Source: Felis catus (Eukaryota). From it: 64,000 nt of DNA. Made by a program: the position numbers and the translations under genes. The stretch is taken from positions 161,016,001-161,080,000 of the forward strand of contig NC_058368.1 in assembly GCF_018350175.1 (NCBI RefSeq), read 5' to 3'. Numbering within the stretch: position 1 is the first letter of the stretch; each line of letters begins with the position of its first letter. Below, one piece after another: positions 25,500 through 37,842 of this stretch. Below the pieces are notes generated by a model. It had not been told where the DNA came from, did no database searches, and saw nothing but the letters and a program-made list of their open reading frames with translations.

Positions 25500-25950
25500 A
25501 TATTAAGGAACTTATTTCATAGCAAGTAAGAGAGGCAAAGGACTTACTCGCATTGTATTTATTGGTATTAACATAACCCAAAGCAGTTGGTCTGACAGAA
25601 TGATGGAATGGCCTGTTGAAGATTTAATAATGGTACTAGTGAGGAGACAACACCTTACAGAGGTGGGTGCTCTCCTACATATTTTATATGCTTTGAACCA
25701 GTGACTGATATATAATACTCTTCCAATTATAGCCAGAATATGGGTCCAGATGACACTTTAGTGGTAGAAAAAATCTAATCCTAAGTGCAATACTTTGACT
25801 TCTTTTTTCTTCATTTAGGGCTCTGCTTATTCAGAAAAAAATACTTCCTCCGGGAAATATAGCAATGGTTATATTGAAGTGACAGTGGTAAAAGGTAATA
25901 GAAATCCACAAGAACCCATTAGAGGAAAAATACCAAAAGCTGAGACCCCC
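25500..25950 (+). mobile_element. ERVL internal (integrase) fossil
   Basis: Degenerate translations Y*GTYFIA (25501) and PKAVGLTE*WNGLLK (25577-25621) correspond to ERVL integrase DQGTHFTA and PEAAGLIERWNGLLK. Confidence 0.75.
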
Positions 25951-25959
25951 TAATAATCT

Positions 25960-26358
25960 CATTTTGCTGATGAGGCCTACAGATGAAATATAGGTTACTA
26001 ATTATTTTAGATTATTTTAGATTATTCAGGCAGGCTCAATGTAATCACAGGGTTCTGTGGATAAATGGAAAGATGTATATGAAGAGAGTTAAGAGAGATG
26101 TGAAGATGCTATGCTGTTAGCTTTGAAGATGGAGGAAGGGGCCATGAGTCAAGGAATGCAGATGGACTTTGAAAGCTGGAAAAGGTAAGGAAATGGATTC
26201 CTCTCTAGAGATTCTAGAAGAAATGCAGCCCTGTTGACATTTTGCTTTTAGCCAGTGCGACCCATTTCAGATTTCTGACCTCAAAAACTGTAATACATTT
26301 TATTTTTTAAACCATTAAAATTTGTGATAGTTTATAGCAACAATAAAAAATACATGCA
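25960..26358 (+). mobile_element. MaLR LTR (MLT1D-like)
   Basis: 'gctttgaagatggaggaaggggccatgagtcaaggaatgcag...gctggaaaaggtaaggaaatggattc'. Confidence 0.85.
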
Positions 26359-26435
26359 TAAAATTGCTGCTTTTCAGCCTAAAATGGTTGATATAAGCAA
26401 TTACACATGGCTCAATCAGTATATGACAACTGATT

Positions 26436-26543
26436 TTTTTAAGGATTTTATATTAAATAATCTCTACACCCTAAGTGTGGCTCGAACTCACAGCCCCAAG
26501 ATTGAGAGTTACATGTGCTACTGACTGAGCCAGCCAGGTGCCT
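26436..26543 (-). mobile_element. Short tRNA-Lys-derived SINE (old CAN-SINE type)
   Basis: Reverse tRNA-like head 'gctcgaactcacagccccaagattgagag...gagccagccaggtgcc'; TSD tgacaactg (26424-26432 / 26544-26552). Confidence 0.85.
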
Positions 26544-28613
26544 TGACAACTGGCTTTCTAACCCATCAATAGGCTCCCCAATGGTTACTTGTACATCTGT
26601 TACCAGTTTGCCTTTGTGTATTTAATTTGCCTCCCTTTTTTTTAATGTAAACTAGATTGTAATTCTGGGCAACTGTATAATTTATTGATGGTTGATATTT
26701 GGGATGGAGACTTGGACAAAAATATAGAGTTAAATAACAAACATTTCCAAGGTAAGGCATATGATAGAGGGACAGGCTAATTTCTTCAAATTTATTTGCC
26801 CCAATTATTTTAAGTGATAAGGGGTTTATGGCATTGGGTAAAAAATTAAAATGTAATTTAAATAGGATTGAAATCTTGCCTTCTTGCTTCCTGAAAGCCC
26901 TGTTCATTATGTCCACTAGGGAGCTAGGACTGAGATTTTACATAGCCCTAACTCTCATTAGATATCATGATATCAAAGGAATTTTATAAATGCCTGAAGA
27001 CTCTTCTAAATTTTCTAAATGCCAAGAGAATCTTCTAAAACCTCCCAGCCAGACATTTTTTGATTTCTTTCAAGGTACCTCCATAATCTCCAAGGGCCAC
27101 AGATTCTTAATGTATGTCCAGAAGCATAGAGCTAAAATTTAATAAGTCTTTGATGTGTTTACATGCAGTTAGTATTTAGGTTATTTGAACCAACCTCTAC
27201 TCATAAAAAGTCTTAAGGATTTTATAATAACAGTTATATTATTATTATATTGCTATTTTAACTAACTGACCTATACTATGACACAAGGAAATCTCCAAAT
27301 ATTTTTTAAATGGGCATACAGCTTGTGTGTTTTTCTAAATTTTCAGAGAGATTCATCTAATGATAAACAGACTTCTAAGACATACATATGGAAAGAAAAA
27401 CAGCAGAAGGGAAGAATATTTCAAGTATTTTTAGCACAATTCTGGCCATTTCTGCTATGAAATTTTTGAATATGTAAAAACAATTTTTTTTTGTCAGCTC
27501 TAAAAGATGCTAAGACATGGCACATATGGGAACAACATCTCACCAAAAAATATTTTAGAAGAACTCATCACAACACACAATTCAAGATGTATTGACTTTC
27601 ATATTGTCCCCATGAAAAAAAAGAGTCTGTATGAGTTAAAACATTTATGAGTGTACTACTATTAAGTATCTTAAATGCTTTCGGCCATGAAAATTTGTCT
27701 TCATGTATGAGAAAGTAAATTAACTTATTTTCTGAAAGAATTAAGCTCCATTAAAAGAGAAGCTCCTCAATGTTTATTCTTAATTAAAAATGGCTTCTTG
27801 ACCCAAGGTGATAATCATTGTAGCAAAGCTTAAATATCCATTTGTTTTTCACAACATTGTTTGTTCAAAAAATATACTGTAAATAAATGAAATATATTTT
27901 CTCATTTATTTGCTTTATTACCCTGGGATATCCTAGCACTTTCTAAATTTCCACGAGTACATATGGATTCTATGGATTTTCTGATAAACAAACAGAATAA
28001 TCAGTGAGATTTTCTTTTTGATGTAATAATGTGCTAAGATAGTATCCTGTTCCTCTTGTTTCTCTGTTTATCCTTAATCTTTGAACTACCTCTTTCCAAA
28101 TTGGAAGATTATTTTAGTAATTGCTAATACTCAAAATCAGTTTCAGAATCAAATATTTTCTCTCAAGTCAATAACATTTGTGATCCTGAGATTTTATATG
28201 TAAATGAGCAATTTATATTTTAAGATTAGAAAATTACAAATTAAAACCAAATTGCAAATTGCAATTAAAATATGATAGGGTGTATAATGAAATGCTCACC
28301 TGAACTTTTTCTCAGGTTTGTAGTAACATGTAAAAATCACCATTACATACTTCCTTTTGAAAGTCTCTCATCAGAATCAAGCACATCAATTTGTTCCTCA
28401 AATATTCTAAGCAGGTTGCCAGGGATTAAGGGGCTCAGGAAGAATTTTATTAAAGGGAGAATTTTTTTTAACTTATACAACTATCTTGTATCTTGATTAT
28501 ACCATTTCTCCAAAATCATACAATTATACATGAAACAATACATTTTATTGTATGTAAATTTTAAAATAAAATGTTCTAAAATTTGATAATTGTAATATTT
28601 CATTCAGAACTTA

Positions 28614-28639
28614 AATTTTTTTGTAATGTTTATTTTATT

Positions 28640-28692
<53 letters not shown>

Positions 28693-28850
28693 GCCAGAGT
28701 GTGAGCAGGGGAGAGGTAGAAACAGAGTCTGAGGCAGGCTCCAGGCTCTGAATTGTCAGCACAGAGCCTGATGTGGTAAACTCATGAACTGTGGGATCAT
28801 GACCTGAGCCAAAGTCAGATGCTTAACTGACTGAGCCACCTAGTCAACCC
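28614..28850 (-). mobile_element. CAN-SINE with an expanded (GA)n tract at 28643-28688
   Basis: TSD ttcattcagaactta / ttcattaaaactta. Confidence 0.94.
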
Positions 28851-29456
28851 TTCATTAAAACTTAGACCTGGATGCCAAGGGATATTGCACACAGTATCTA
28901 TGAAGCAATGTATTTGTAAAAATTACCAAAACCTACATACAATTTATATATAAATATGTATAGGGTATATATATAAAATATGAATAACACATTTTACCTT
29001 AATACCCCTATGTTCTTCCTAACGTAGAGAAAAATAGAACAATCAAAACATTTAGTGATGAATATATTATCAGATAATGGAATTATTATTGAGGAGATTC
29101 ATACCATTTAGAAGGCTAAAAAACTAAGAATGTAATTATGAATAACTATGAATAACATCTAGTTATTCATCTAATTTTACATTAGTCAATATCATCTTTT
29201 ATACATTTTACATGACACTTTTTTTTGCTCTTATCTATTCTCTTATCAGGACATAGACTTTTAAAGAAAATATGGAAGGAAGAATGAAAAAGAAGAAAAT
29301 ATTTTTAGACAAAATTAGATGATATTGAAAAACAATCAACAAATGAAAAGGCAACATACAGCATGAGAGAAAATATTTACAAATGACTTATCTGATAAAG
29401 GGTTAGTATCAAAATATATAAAGAACTTATACAACTCAACACCAAAAAACCAAATA

Positions 29457-30287
29457 GAATAAAACCTTGGACTGCAAGTAACTTGTTCTTCAAGATGAGC
29501 AAACATTTCTAATAAATTTTAACTTGACAAACAAGTGATGTCTTCTAATACGAGTAGTACATGATGATGAATGTCACACGATCACAACTAAGCCAATGGT
29601 TCTTCTCTCTCTCTCGCTGCAGGATTGTGGGTGATCGTCTCCCATGCACAGATGCTTGGTCTCAGGCTGTGGCATTTGGCCGAAAGCAGTGATTTTTCAC
29701 ATTGTTGGAAGGTGCACATGACTGGCAGTAGTGTATTTTGTCACTTCAAAGCACCTATGGACAGCCCTTTGCTTTTCCATACAAAAGTAAGCTCAGGAAT
29801 GCTTTGCTTCATTCTAGGTCAGACTGTCTGCAGATATAGACCCTTTCCCCTGCTGCCTTATTGCCAGTTACATTAAATACAGTATATGACAAGAGTTTAT
29901 TTATATTGTACTATAGCCAATATCCGTGCAAGTGTATGCAATGGCCTCCATGCAGAAAAAGATTCCATTGAGCCAAAAGATAGCATTGAGTCCATTAGTG
30001 ATCATAAAAGTCATCCCATACAATAAACCTCCTCTCTCTTGTCTCCTTCACACCAGCCACAAAGGTTTTCACAGGTAAGTGCAGGTTGATTTGTTTATTT
30101 TTATTTCTATTTTGTATTTTATTATATCATACTGTTGTAATAATTTTATATGAATATTTTTGGGTTGTAGAATGAATCATCTGAGTTTCCATTATTTCTT
30201 ATGGGGAAATCCACTTTGATATATAAGTGCTTTGGAATACAAGCATGTTTCTGGAACAAATTATGCTGGCAAACCAAGGTATTATTG
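29457..30287 (+). mobile_element. Non-autonomous Tc1/mariner (Tigger-like) DNA transposon, copy 1
   Basis: TA TSD (29455-56 / 30288-89); TIRs gaataaaaccttggactgcaagta vs reverse complement caataataccttggtttgccagca; homologous to 38123-38969. Confidence 0.85.
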
Positions 30288-30929
30288 TAATCCAATTTAA
30301 AAATGAGCAAAAGACATGAACAGGCCATTTCTTCAAAGAAGACATCCAGACAACCAAGAGACACATGGAAAGATGATCAACATCACTCATCATCAGGAAA
30401 TTTAGTTCAAAATCACAATGAGATATCATCTCATATCTATTAGAATGGCTCAAATCAGCAACACAAGAAACAAGAGGCGTTGGCGAGGGTAAAGAGAGAA
30501 AGGAACCGTCTTGCACTGTTAGTGAGAATGCAAACTGGTGAAGCCACTCTGAAAAACAGTATGAAGTTTCCTCAGAAAATTAAAATCAGAACTACCCTAT
30601 GACCTAGTAATGGTGCTATTGGGTATTTACTCCAAAAATACAAATTCAAAGGGATACACGCACACTTATATTTCTAGCAGCATTATTTACAAAAGCCAAA
30701 TTATGAAAGCAGCCCAACTGCCCATTGAAAGATGAATGGATAAAGAATATTACTCAACCATAAAATGAATGAAATCTTGCCTTTGCAATGACATACATGG
30801 AGCTAGAAAGTATAATGCTATGTGAAATCAATCAGAGAAAGACAAATACCATATGACTTACTCATATGTGGAATTTAAGAAACAAGCAAAGGCAAAAAAA
30901 GAGAGAGACAAATCAAGAAACAGACTCCT

Positions 30930-31132
30930 GGAGTGCTTGAGTGGCTCAGTCAGTTGAGTGTCTGACTCTTCATTTTAGCTCAAGTCGTGATACCAGGGTC
31001 ATGAGATCAATCCCTGTTTTGGGCTCCATCCTGAGTGTTGAATCTGCTTTCTCTCCCTCTGCCCCTCTCCCCCACTTACACTCTCTTTCTCTCTCTAAAC
31101 AAACAAACAAACAAACAAACAAAAACAACAAC
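30930..31132 (+). mobile_element. Older CAN-SINE in the L1 3'UTR with an (AAAC)n tail
   Basis: SINE head; TSD core cagactc. Confidence 0.9.
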
Positions 31133-31819
31133 AAAACCCCAGACTCTTAACTATAGAGAACTGATGGTTACCAGAGAGGAGGTGGGTGGGCGAATGGGTG
31201 AAGTAGGTGATGGGGATTAAGAAGCACACTTGTCAGGATGAGAACTGGGTGATGTATGAAAGTGTTGAATCACTATATTTACACCTGAAACTAACATAAC
31301 ACTGTAATTAAATATATTAGCACTGGAATTAAAATTTAATTTAATTTAAAATATTAGAGAATATTAACAAGTATATATAACAAACAGAAATAAAGACCTA
31401 TGGTTAAGTTTCTTATCCTTACAATGATTATCTTAATAAAAGACTTAATGAAAGGGCTATTGAATTAAACACTTTAAAACTTAACCATTTAAAAGTTCTA
31501 AGTTATCTTCTATCTTTTTTCACTTTTATTTTTCCCCCAGTGATAAAAGTGAATAAACCATTCTTGGTGTCTATCCTAAAATGAGGACTGAGCTAATTGT
31601 AATTTAAGTCGCAGCTAGCAACTCCAAGCAAGAAAAGAGGGATGGAAACCATGGAAAGGGTTGACTGTCGGGGGACAAAATCTACAGAAAAGTCTCTAGT
31701 ACGTTTCTCTATCTCTGCTTGTTTGACACCTTCTAGACACTTCACTACAATAATTTTCCTAAGCGTTAGTTTTTTTAGAACATCAAGATGAGTTTTTTGG
31801 AAAGGAAATCATAGAAGGA

Positions 31820-31988
31820 AGAGATATAGGACGTTGACTCAGAAGCCGTAACTGCCAGTCATGGGTGTGCTATTAATTATCCGTTTAACACTGGGAACAC
31901 GTGTTTAAAACTTCAGTCCTCTCATTTAAAAAAAACAAACAAAATGAAGTGAATTCTCTAAAGAGTTCATTTCACTTTGGAAATTCAA
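31820..31988 (+). mobile_element. MIR-like fragment
   Basis: 'ttgactcagaagcc...cttcagtcctctcatttaaaa' weakly resembles the MIR core. Confidence 0.4.
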
Positions 31989-32151
31989 AGCAGACTCTTT
32001 TTTTCGTAACTGTGAAATAAGTTAAAGGTTAAAGTATTTTTCAAATAGTAAACAATAGTAATTTCCTTTCAGATTTCCTTCTCTAGAATTTCCTTTTCTG
32101 ATTTGTTTAGTCTCATGAACTTAACGGTTTTCTCTAAGTAAAAAAAAATAA

Positions 32152-32262
32152 ATATATATATATGTATATGTATATATACATATACACTATAAATATATAT
32201 ATGCATAGATATATATACACATATATATATACACTATATATATACACATATACATATACAAT
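32152..32262. repeat. TA/CA low-complexity tract
   Basis: Interrupted (TA)n/(CA)n. Confidence 0.85.
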
Positions 32263-33075
32263 ACATTTTTTAGTTTCTTTTGAAGAAAGAGCATTCAATT
32301 AGAATAGAGAACATATTAAAAGTGAATATATTTAATAGTCTCATATTTCATCAGAACAAAAGTATTACTCTCCAATACTCTCCTAAATATTAACTTTTGT
32401 CTCTCTGTAAGTTTTTTTGTCCCTCTATTCTTGAATATACTAGGTTTGATAGTTGATAACTGTATTATGATAATATCTTTGGTATTTTCAGACATTTCAA
32501 AAACTAATGTTTAATTCACATAAACACTTTCTTTATTTGTTAATATCATATTCAATTTTAGCACAGTTTCTTTTCCATGGAGCCCCAAATTATACTGATG
32601 CAGAAAATTATCCTTCATAGAATAATTTTGGGTTTAAACATCTGTGGCAAGTCACATACAAACAAATACAAATGACATGTTCAAAATGTAAATTTCATTA
32701 TGATTCCTATTTTAAGAGGTGTTCTTCAATATAAAATGTTTTAAAAGGTGACGTAACTTTGGTTTAATATTAAATCTTTCAACCTACAAGCCGGTAAGTA
32801 TCTAGTGAATCACACAAGTGATGATGTTACCTTCTGTAACAGTTAATACTATCGTCAACTTGACAGTGCTAAGGGATGCTCAAACTATATAGAATTCAAT
32901 TATCTAGTAAACAGATTCAGTATACGTTTATACCCTAAGTCATTCTGTACTGAGATGACCCCAAGAACCCATATCCCTTCTATGTCCAATCATGTCTTGC
33001 CCAAAGTATTTAAGTTTGCAGTTTCACTTATTTTTGTAAAGAAAACTTAAGTTGTTCAAAAATCCCCTTTTTTCC

Positions 33076-33303
33076 AGTGCACCTGAGTGGCTCAGTCAGT
33101 TAAGCATCTGACTTCAGCTCAGGTAATGGTCTCATGGTTCGTGAGTTTGAGCCTGGCATTAGGCTGTGTCCTGACAGTTCAGAGCCTGGAGCCCACTTGA
33201 GATTCTGTGTCTCCCTCTCTCTCTGCCCGTCCCTCACACGCATTCTCTCTTTCTTTCTCTCTCTCTCTCTCTCTCAAAAATGAATAAACATTAAAAAATT
33301 TAA
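33076..33303 (+). mobile_element. CAN-SINE
   Basis: SINE head, CT tract and tail; TSD approx. aaaaatcccctt / aaaaatatccctt. Confidence 0.94.
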
Positions 33304-33799
33304 AAAATATCCCTTTAGTACCATGTTGTTGTTTAATAGTTCACATACTCCTGAACTAGAGCAAAATTCAGGGTAATGTCTGCAAACTCAGTAGAAGATA
33401 AAGAGTGGATTCACACTAGAGATACTATTAATTATCTTACTAGCCACTGGATATCCGCCCCCCCAAACTTATCCAGCCCCAAGGTCAATACTGTGAAGTT
33501 TGAGAAAACTTGACCTACCTAATTGCAACACTTTATTCAAATGTTAGTCTCATTTTCTTACTTTGATTGCTTTTGTTTCCCACCTAGAATTGTCTCATTT
33601 TTTAATTTAAATGATTTATCTATACTTGTAATGTCATACAGATTGAAGTATTCTTTAAGAAAATCATTATTCTATTTAATATTGCCAATTAACCCTTTAA
33701 TAGCCATGTCTGATTTGTCATTTAAAACCTAAACAATTTGAAGGTTTTGTAAACCCACATAATCACTAAGTATCAAATCAACATTTTAGCAGATACTCT

Positions 33800-34232
33800 T
33801 GCCCTGCCCATATCCCCATCCATACTCACATCTTTACCATGAAGGCTGCCTCTATAGAACACCTCAACTTTCTGTCTGGAGACTTTCTGATTTTTTTTTT
33901 CTTGTTCAAGGAGCACAATTTATTTTCATTCAGGAAAAGCCAAAGTCAGAGAGATACGGACTCAAGTAAGTAAGGCTCAACTAATGACTAATGGAGGAGA
34001 GTGAATAAATACACTAGTTTCCTCTACCTTAATTGATATAGTTCTAAGATGCTTTCACTATATCCCAGAGTTCCCCAGCTGGATGAACTTCAATCGACCC
34101 TCTCTGTTGGCTTCTTTCTTTTTTTTAATTCTTCCCTAATACCCTATTGATGTTTTCTAGAATCACTTCTTAAACAATTTTTTATTCAAATTCTACCTCA
34201 AGGTCTGCACCTGGGTAGCCTAAACTAAGATA
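33800..34232 (+). mobile_element. ERVL LTR (LTR16-like) fragment
   Basis: Ends 'caaattctacctcaaggtctgcacctgggtagcctaaactaagata', like the LTR16 terminus. Confidence 0.55.
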
Positions 34233-35409
34233 TTATTCACTGAAAAATTAAAGAGGATTAAGTGAATAACAAACTGAAGTTAAGTGTTGTACTACAGAGA
34301 GATACGAAAAACTCAGTGTGCACAGTAGTCTTTGGGAGCCCCAATGGGATAGGAAAAGGTGGAAAAGGTACATAAAGGAACAATGAAAATCTTTCTGATA
34401 GCTATTATATTTCTTCTCCATCTCTTTCACATATCTAAAAAAGATTATTTTGATACAGCACTGGAAGAGATTAAAAAACAGAGCCAGATTATCTTACAAT
34501 GATAAAGGCATTGCTATAAATTTTCAGTATGTAGTAAGTGGATGAATAATCAAATACATGTCTATTGATCAAAAAGCCATCTATAATTCTAAACTCAACA
34601 AGAAGTAACTTGGCCATTCACCTGCACATTATTGGACACATACAGAAAAAAAGCTGTGATTGATCCCCAGTAACTATGCCATGCCTTGTCACACTATACA
34701 TCTTGCCAAGCACCACATGCTTTGTAGTTTTCAAAGACAGGGAGCATAGAAAACATATTTTTATTGTTCTAGTCTGACTGGCATATCCCCTTAAATTCCT
34801 TCTAAGAAATTTATTTTGCATTTGATGCCAAACTATAACTCAAATTATGTCTCTTAAGGAATGAAAGCATCCTATAATGTAGGAGATAAATAAATGGTTT
34901 TGTATAGGCAATAAAAGCCTTATCCACTTAGTATCTAATAGGGGTATACACTGTTGAGTATTAAAATAATGCAGTCACTTAACTACACTTTGAACAAATT
35001 TTGTTGTTGATATGTAATCTTTAATATCAGGATAGAAATCTTTAAAAATTAATTACTGTATTAAGATACAAAGCAAAATGAATTACATGTTTAAACCATA
35101 CTGCAATGAGATCTGAACTTGCTGGTAGGCATTTCAAGGAACTAAAAATGATTCATGGAAGAAACATTAAGTTGGAAATAGAGATAGATTTGATTGAACG
35201 GTAAAGACATACCAGGTAAAGTATGCAAGATAAAAAAAAAAAAAAAGCTTTGTAATGGAAAATCTTGAACAGATTAAATCAAGTGAGCCTTAAGAAGAAG
35301 AGGAGTGAACCGGGCTTTGTTCCTCATTTCTGGTAGAATGAGCCTAGATTTTCAAATTATGTATAAACCATAGAGTGAAGTTTGGGAAAAGGAAGGAGTT
35401 GTTAACTCT

Positions 35410-35625
35410 AATTGAGAACTATGATATACCAAGCACCATGCTGGATTCTAAGATGCACTAACTCACTTACCTAATCTTTTGAAAAAGATTTCATAATCTG
35501 AATTTTGAAACTAAAGTAACTAAATTTCCTATAAGTAAGCTAACTTGTTCTAGGTAACTCTCCTAGCCCACAGTGGAATCAGCATTCTAAGTTAGAATCA
35601 TAAAATGACACAAGAACTTTCATGA
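35410..35625 (-). mobile_element. MIR fragment
   Basis: 'ttgagaactatgatataccaagcaccatgctgg...gtaagctaacttgttctaggtaact'. Confidence 0.45.
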
Positions 35626-35745
35626 CTTTAAACTGCCATTCAATAGAAAAGGGTCTGATAACAGAAACAAGGAATTCCAATTAACTAGCCAGTGAAAATT
35701 TCTATGGAGAGGTGCAAGGAAATAGCACAGAAACTGTCCACTTTA

Positions 35746-35966
35746 GGGGCGCCTGGGTGGCTCAGTCGGTTAAGCGTCGGACTTCAGCTCGGGTCACGAT
35801 CTCTTGGTCTGTGAGTTCGAGCCCCACGTCAGGCTCTGGGCTGACGGCTCAGAGCCTGGAGCCGGCTTCCGATTCTGTGTCTCCCTCTCTCTCTGCCCCT
35901 CCCCCGTTCATGCTCTGTCTCTCTCTGTCTCAAAAATAAATAAACATTAAAAAAAATTAAAAAAAA
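35746..35966 (+). mobile_element. Young CAN-SINE
   Basis: CpG-rich; TSD agaaactgtccact / agaaactgtccatt. Confidence 0.97.
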
Positions 35967-36076
35967 AGAAACTGTCCATTTCATTAAAAGTCTTACATTT
36001 AATAATAATTTGATACATAATCCAGACTTTCAGAACCTTGTAAATTAACCAAATTAATTTAGTCTTAAAACATTTT

Positions 36077-36302
36077 GGGGGCGCCTGGGTGGTTCAGTTG
36101 GCTAAGTCTCCAACTTCTGCTCTGTTCATATCTCCCAGTTGGCAGGTTCAAGACCTGCATTAGGCTCTGTGCTGACAGCTCAGTGCCTGGAACCTGTTTT
36201 GGATTCTGTGTCTCCCTCTCTCTCTGTCCCTCCCCCACTCTTTCTCTGTGTCTGTCTCTGTCTCTCTCTCTCTCTCTCAAAAATAAACAAACATTTAAAA
36301 AA
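36077..36302 (+). mobile_element. CAN-SINE
   Basis: SINE head, CT tract and tail. Confidence 0.93.
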
Positions 36303-37842
36303 AGACTTTTTCTTACAGAATAATCATCAAGCAAGAAATGATCCTTTCTTGCACTAGAGCCTATCTGATTCTTAAGTATTCTTTTCTTGAACTTTTATTC
36401 ATTGGATTTTGAAATCAGCATTAATTGATTTTTAAAAGTAGGGGTAAGTTACACAAAAAAAGCTATAATAAAAATATATTATGAAAGACAATTCCATCAC
36501 ACATAAAAATATTAAAACGGAAAACTGGTGAAATGTGGTATTAGCCATTTAAAGTCTAATCATATTGCTCAATAATTTTAACAGGTGTTGGAAATAGTAT
36601 TTGAAAGATCTAGCAGCCTTGTTGCTTCATCTTACTCTGTTTAATTACTTCTCTACCTCAGTAAAATTGATTCACCTCCATAACTACTGTGCACAAACAC
36701 TATGCAATTGGTAAAGAAAAAAAGAATGGTGGTTATGAATTATCTATGTAAATGTCTTCAAGAAATTAGCACATAGCAACACTTTAAAACATTTAACAGG
36801 ATGAATGATCATTGCAAAAAAAGTTGATTATAGTTAAAACTACAAAATACACTAACAGAAAAAAAAAGAAAAAAAGAATCATAAACATGAATTAAAACAA
36901 CAAAACAGCATTTATTACTACTGATCCTACCATGAGCATACAGTTAAGACAAAGCATTTAGACACGTATAAACTACATAATTATTTATTTGATATACTTC
37001 CATGATTCACAAATTATATAGGAATAAAGCTATTAGCTTTTCTTTTTTTTCACTTTTTATTTTGAATTTGAATGCATAGAAACAAATTAAAATGGCCACA
37101 TAAAATTTTCACGTGGATATAAAATATTTATTTTTTTCTCAGTTACTATTAAAGTATATCCAAACATATATATGATATTATTTACACATTAGCACTGTAG
37201 TTGAAAAAATTTATTCCCAATATTTTCATGTGGCCTTTTATTATGTTTCCAATGATGTTACAAATCTACTTTTATGCTTTCCTTTATCTTCCGGGTAATT
37301 TAATTAGAAGTAGTAGGAGACAAGTACATAACAAACATTGCTGTTTTCCCACTCATGGCTACATTAACCCCTGTCTTCTTTATTAGCCATAAAGTTCGTG
37401 TGCTACCATTACATTTTTAAAACAGTACTTAGTGTTTCTATTGTTTTTACTATTCCCAATAATGAAATTGACATCCTTTAAAATAATTATTCAATTAAAA
37501 GGAATAAACTTGCATATTGCAAAGGTTAATATACTCCAGCAACTCATTAAATCAAAGGTAAGTATCTTTATCTTGGGCTAATCTGATAACACTTTGGAAA
37601 AGGTGTGTCACTCTAAGTCATTTTAATGGGTACTAATTAGGCACTCTGCATGATTTATTGGTACATCTCACTCTTCCTGAATTTCTATTAGATCTACAGA
37701 AACTTTTTAACATGTGAGAACAAGAGCATAGACTTAGCCCAGATTAGATACTCTGTTTATCTCCAAAAAAGTATCCATTATGTTCTCTCTTTCTTTAAAC
37801 ATTTTTTTTTTCTTTAAATAGAAATATTGAAACAACTATGAC

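Larger units (their letters stand above)
29327..31350 (+). mobile_element. Carnivoran-type L1 3' portion, interrupted by a DNA transposon and a SINE
   Basis: L1 'caactcaacaccaaaaaaccaaaTA' resumes as 'TAatccaatttaaaaatgagcaaaagac' at 30288; 3'UTR ends 'ctggaattaaaatt'. Confidence 0.9.

Noticed and set aside
26436..26543. tRNA-Lys-like sequence as a tRNA gene
   Set aside because: Degenerate, with an A-tail and TSD, so it is a SINE
27050..27340. Possible CR1/L3 fragment
   Set aside because: Similarity too weak to support by eye
29625..29876. ORFs inside the Tigger-like copies (also 38581-38954) as a transposase
   Set aside because: No HTH or DDE motifs, and the frames differ between the two copies
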